A DNA stretch of 64,000 nt, taken from the NCBI GenBank assembly GCA_964187785.1, contig OZ076414.1:23498001-23562000 (forward strand). Direction: 5' to 3'. The notes below the pieces were generated by a model. That model worked only from the letters and a program-made list of their open reading frames with translations, ran no database searches and was not told where the DNA came from. Position numbers and translations under genes: made by a program. Below, piece after piece: positions 58,774 through 64,000 of the stretch; positions within the stretch are counted from its first letter, which is position 1; each line of letters begins with the position of its first letter. This stretch comes from Amphiscolops sp. MND2022 (lineage: Eukaryota).

Positions 58774-61700
58774 ACTTGTTATTGGTTTGAAGTTTGTTTC
58801 TTTATAGTCTTTGTTTGTTTCTAGTCTGTACGGGCAGTTGATTGTATTATGATGAACAGAAAAAGGAGAAAAAATACAGTTGGCTTCTTAAGATGATAGT
58901 TGAAACAGTATGGAGACGAGAGATCAAACTGATTGGAGAGCCATAGTATGCCCATAATTGAAAATTCGTCAGATTGGTTCAGTCTGGACTATTGATGTCA
59001 TCTTTTCTTCCAATGAATCGAAATCAAAGCGTCAAGTCCTCTGAAGTCAGGATTGGCGGTAGGTTTAGGATTAGGTCTCAGGTTAGTTTGCAACTTTTCG
59101 CAGGTTATATCCAACAGTGGTAGGCGGTGATTCCGAGGGTATAGGAGGACTTTCAATGGGAGAGGGCGGCGTCTTATGTAAGGATTATCCCCCACGACAG
59201 TAGTCAGATTTGAAAAGTCTGGAGATGATTTAACAGCGTCATCCGTAAATTGCCCGTCTGTTGTTTCTTGTACTTCGATCCGCTCGTTAGCGTGCAATAT
59301 TTCTGTTACAGTGTTTTCGTCAAGTTGGTTGTCAAACTTCATCACCATGATGTAGCATACCATTCGTTGTGATTTTTTTTTGTTATAGTTCATGACTGCT
59401 ATTAGGATGCTTGTGCCATATCGAGCAACGTTCGTCCGTCAATATTATGAGGGCTGTTTTTATAAAGGCATGGGTTCTTTCTAATATCCCGATCATTTGG
59501 GCGTGTTTTGTAGACGCGTGGCTGATTTGTAATTCCAATATTTCCATGATCTCTGCTACGATCTCCTATCGGAATGGCGACCCTTTGTCTGATAGGATTA
59601 GTGTAGTAGGCAGGTATGCATGTCTAGTTACGACGTCGACAATGCATCGTCCGATTGTTTTGTTTTGCTGTTACGTTCTGTGTTGGGTAGGCGAATAGTT
59701 ATCGCGAAAACACATATGTCATAGTAACGATGTTTTGGTAACCTGCAGAGTTGACTAGGTTCGGTAGGATATCGATTTCGAGGATGTCTTCCGGACCCGA
59801 GACACGCTCTGTGTTGTTGATCATCTTGGGGCGGATTTAGCAGTTGTCAATTCTCTTGTATTTGATGCAGTCTTCGCAATTTTGTGCCCATTCTTTGATT
59901 TTTTTTTGCTAGACCGGGACAGTAGTGGTTTGATCTGCATTGTGTGATCATTTCGGTTATTCCGGGGTGTTTTCCCATCTGTCCGTGTATTGCTTTGAGG
60001 AGTTCAGTTATCAAATGTTCGGGGATTAGTATCTGGTGATGTGTGATTTATCCGCAATACCCGTAGTAATTGCTTGTATTTGTAGTCTGTTTTCGTGGAC
60101 TAGTAGACGTTTTGCTCTCGGGTCTGTCTGCAGCAAACGTTTATAGTTTTGTTCGCATATTATTTTCCATTTATTCGCTTTAAATAGTAAATCCGTGTCT
60201 TGTTCGACTCTGATGCGTTCATCTTCCTTTATTGCCCCAAAGGTACATGATGCCTTGTTTGTTGGGACCGCGATGTTTCTTTGATGGTCATTTTGATTTT
60301 TGTCACCTCCTCGTTTCGTGCATTTTGTGTCGTTTATTCTTTCTGTAATAGTATTTCTTCTTCAATCTCAGTTGTTTCTTCTGGTAGGAAGAATACTATT
60401 TTTTCGTCAGCGACGTCTGTGGATTGTAGGTTGACTTGGATCGGACTGAATGTTATATCTTCTCTGATTTTGAGTTCAACTCGTTCTTTGCGATTCATGT
60501 CAAATCTTGACAAACAATCAACCGCAGAGTTTTGCGTCACAGCTACGTGCATTACATGAAAACAGGAGTGCAGTACATAATCACACGCATTCCATAGTGT
60601 AAGAGGGATCGCTTTTGTCTGGAAGAAATGTGCTGCTGACCTGTTGTCGGTCATTACAAGCGTCGGTAAGATTGTTTCTCACAATATATGACTGTATTCT
60701 AGAAAATCTTGGTATATCGCCAAGATTTCTCACAGTATATGGACCATTTTGTTGGGCTGGGGAAAACACTTTGATCCAAATGCGACTGGTGCCAAACTCT
60801 TTCTCTTCGAATTTAGTTTTTTCTCATTGTCGTCGTCAATCATTAGCTCGTAACCTGAGGCGCGAAAGCTGGCGTCTGTCATGAGGACGTATTGGCGTCC
60901 TGTGATTGGTTGTTTGAGGACCGAGCTGCTTGCGTCTGCTAGCATTGGGTTGTTCACTTTGTGGTTGTCTAGTAATCCTTCGGTTACTTTGATCTATTTG
61001 TCTGCTTTTGATAGTTTGTAAAATCCGAGTAATACGAGTGTGTAGTTTCGGCAACAGTTGACGAATCGAATCCGTTGTATCGTTGTACTTGTTTCTTCGA
61101 TTTTGGGAATTGAACATTTGCCAGAAATGTTCGAATTTGTGGTCTTGAGGAGGTATTCCTTGTGGTGTGATGGTTCTCTCAAGGAATTCAACCTCAGTGA
61201 CTACGAAATGACATTTTTCGATGGTCAATTTGAGTCCTGCTTTCCTGATGCATTCAAAATGGGCGCGAATGTTGCGTATCAGCAGCGGCGCTGAGTTGGC
61301 GGCAATTCCAATATCGTCGAAGTTTTGGGCACATTGGTCTGCTTTAAAAACTTTTTCTAGGTATTCTCTCACGAAACTTGAGAATGCAGTTAGGGCTCTA
61401 TTCAGTCGTTGTGCTAGGCGTTTGTAGGCGAAAATCCATTTCTACTGTTGGGTCTTCCTTCAAATTGATTGGTACCTTTAAGCTTTGAGTGTAGATTGGG
61501 CCTTGGTCGTTTGGTGTTAGTTTTACTTTGAAGCTGTTGTTTCTCCCAATGTCGAGTCGATGACGCGCGAAGAAGTCAATATATTATATCATTGTTTGTT
61601 CCAATTGTTTTTATCATCCCATTCAATCTACTATCCTTCCCATTGGAACATGTCCAGGATTTTTTTCTTGATTCTGCATCTTTGGTTGGATCTACCTCTT

Positions 61701-64000
61701 CTTTTTTGATAAGGTCACGGATTTCGTCCAGTATCCGGCGTTGTACGGGCGTGTGTTCTTCTTCATTGCCTGGGTTTTCAGGTGTGGGGAACCAGAGGAC
61801 TTCGTTGGACTTCATGAGCTCATTTACATACATATGAGTATCTTCAGGGTCTTGCAATAATTTGAGAGCAGCAACGTTGATGGTTCGTATGTGCTTCGTG
61901 TCTTCTGGTATGAGGACTTTGAGTTCTGCTAGTTTCGTTTTGTTCTGTGCGTGCAGTTGCCAAAGCTGGGGCAACGATGATAGTAGCAGTTTTGTCGAAT
62001 TGTGATAGTGGTTGTACCGCACCAGTGACGTCGTTTGTGTTGGTGGTGATTACCACTGCGTTTACTGTTGTTGTTTGTTGCGGCTTCACCTTCTGCTGAA
62101 AGTTGGAGAGGCTTGGGGTTATAGTTTTTCACTTCATCATACATTGCCAACGTCTTCTCGACGTGAGGAAAGTTGATTGTTCCATTTGCTGTGTCATTTA
62201 CTGTCTGATTTCGCATGAAATTCAGTCCTATTATAAAAAACGACGTCTTCGAGAGGATGACAAAAGTATCTGTGAATGTGTAGGTTCCGATATTGAAATG
62301 GATATCAACTGTAGCTTTGGGTTGTGCTCAACTGGGCGTTTCAATTTTGAAAGGAGCTTGGGGGTACACCTCAAAGACGCAAGCGTCACTCTTCATCTTG
62401 AATATGTTGTAGTCTTACCAAGTTATTACGTTGGTGAACGCTCCTGAGTCGACGAGTCCGTCCATGGTTATTTCGCCAAAGTGAAGTGGTAGGTATATCA
62501 CTCTTCGCCGTTTTTTAAGTGGTATTGTGGAATTAAGGGGTAAATATGTATCTCCATCCTTTTCAGCTACGTACTCTTTGATTGAGTTAAGTGAAACGGG
62601 GAAATCCTCTAGGAAGATGTGATTTCTATTGGAGCCGTTTGTGTCTTCTTCGTGTGTGTCGGACATGGGTTGTTTGTTGAGGACGTTTTCATTCTGATAT
62701 TCAATGGGAGCAATGGCTTACCTTTTGAAGGTACGGAAGGACTGGTCATACAGATCTGGTCTATCCCAGGGATCACATCTGTAGTTTTTGTCAAAAACAT
62801 AGACGCTTTCTTGGTTTGATTCTGGGAGTGTTTTTATAGTTGTCATGTATTTCTCGTCAGATTCTTTGATCCATTCTGGGTACTCTTTTTGTTGTTCTTT
62901 TTTGGCATTATGTTTTTTTTGTTGCGATTGCTTGACGTCTTAGCAGGTCGTCTAATGGGGTTCCTTTGCAATTTGTTGTTGAGTTGTTGTTATTTTCAGT
63001 GGGTGGGAGATTCTATTGAATATGCCCTCGCGTCTACTGTTTCCCCGAAGCGCAGCTGCGGCGTTTTAAGTTTTCATGTTCTTCGATAGTTTTAGTTGTC
63101 GTTGATTGGACAGAGTGGTCTGTTTTTCGTTCTTGTTGGGTATGACGCTTACGTCGCGGACCATTGGCAGCGTTGGCTCCATTCCAACAATCTTCCGTTT
63201 TATGAGGTTTACTCCAGGTGTCTCATTTGATCGTGTTGCCTGAGCTAGAGTTAGGTTGACCAATATTTTTCCGGGTTTGTTGCCATTTGTCACGTTTCAT
63301 TTTCCAGCATTCGGTTTCGAAAGAGCCAAATATTTTGCTGGAAAAACAATACCCCTTTGTGGTGTTTTGGGTTCTATTTTCTGCCTGTGTTGTTTCGGCT
63401 TGGGGCTGGGCTGCCTCTATTTTATTTGGAGAGACGAGCGTCACCTCGTCGGGCGTTCCAAGGCCGTTGAGCCTCATTTCTCTCTCTAGGTGAAGAACTT
63501 TGTCATTGTATGGTTTATCTTCAAGATACGGTCTTTTGAGTTTTTTCTTGACGTGATCTGGCATTTTAACGTAGATAGCCTTATCAATGAATTGCTGAGT
63601 TTCTGTTCCAAAGGCTTCTTTTGCTGTTTTTTGGGATATATCTAAGAACTCGTGTGTTTTTGTGATAAGGGCTCGAAGTTCAGCGCGTCCCATCTCGCTT
63701 TTGCCAATGACATTTAGTCTCCAAACGACGTTTCAAAATTGTCAATACTTCGCTTAGGTAATCTTTTTTGGAGTCTTTTATATTGCAGAACATAGTGCAG
63801 AACACATTAGATTACATATTCTTGAGCTTACTATTGAACAGAGCTTAATTTTATAAATAGTGGACGTAGCGTGGACGTAAATTTGATGCTAGACCTAAAT
63901 AGCCATTAAGGTGGACAGCGAGTAGACGTAAATTCAGAGCCCTGCTTTATCTAGTCTGCTAAGCTGTGACGTCGTCACTAGGACGCAAATTAGAGTTTGT

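Larger units (their letters stand above)
53101..64000 (-). mobile_element. Large (>10.9 kb) decayed Gypsy-type LTR retrotransposon with a ~4-kb accessory region
   Basis: gag fragment (63223-63693, EFLD..QK.AKEAFG...YVKMP.H.KK...LERE..LNG); protease DGLVDSGA (62415-62666); RT remnant FDDIGI...GLKLTIEKCHF (60836-61372); RNase H LMTDAS (60730-60957); integrase remnants ~59500-60000. LTR-like sequence at ~63813-64000 matches ~54394-54575 and is joined to mid-gag (deletion or nested insertion). Confidence 0.85.

Overview
AT-rich, intron-containing animal genomic DNA dominated by transposable elements, with a 200-N scaffold gap at 23255-23454. Two host genes can be reconstructed, both on the minus strand. 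(1) The 5' end of a prominin (CD133-like) gene: a signal-peptide exon at 3652-3397 and a TM1/Cys-rich loop/TM2 exon at 912-713; the gene continues off the left edge. (2) The 3' two-thirds of an Mx/dynamin-like GTPase: five phase-compatible GT-AG exons from 46906 to 25292, 465 aa, from the G4 'TKID' motif through the GED. Its G1-G3 exons were not found. The rest of the window holds a degraded CR1/L2-type LINE, a decayed Gypsy with both LTRs (9375-14354), a frameshifted BEL/Pao element (~14805-21350), and a very young Gypsy (40270-46329; identical 191-bp LTRs, AAGGA TSD, one homopolymer frameshift). It also holds a >10.9-kb Gypsy-type element (53101->64000) with a ~4-kb accessory region of unknown sense and antisense ORFs, a CMC/EnSpm-type non-autonomous DNA element, DINE-1/HINE-like elements and a Tc1 remnant. 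The most unusual observations are: the multi-ORF antisense cargo of the large Gypsy; ~1.8-2.1-kb LTR-like units that contain ~125 codons of a gag-like ORF running off the LTR end; a ~405-bp TG...CA repeat carrying tRNA-type A/B boxes next to the BEL polypurine tract; a perfect spacer-less 506-bp palindrome in an Mx-like intron; and a perfect 68-bp-stem hairpin in a prominin intron. All homology calls are by-eye motif recognition; no searches were run.
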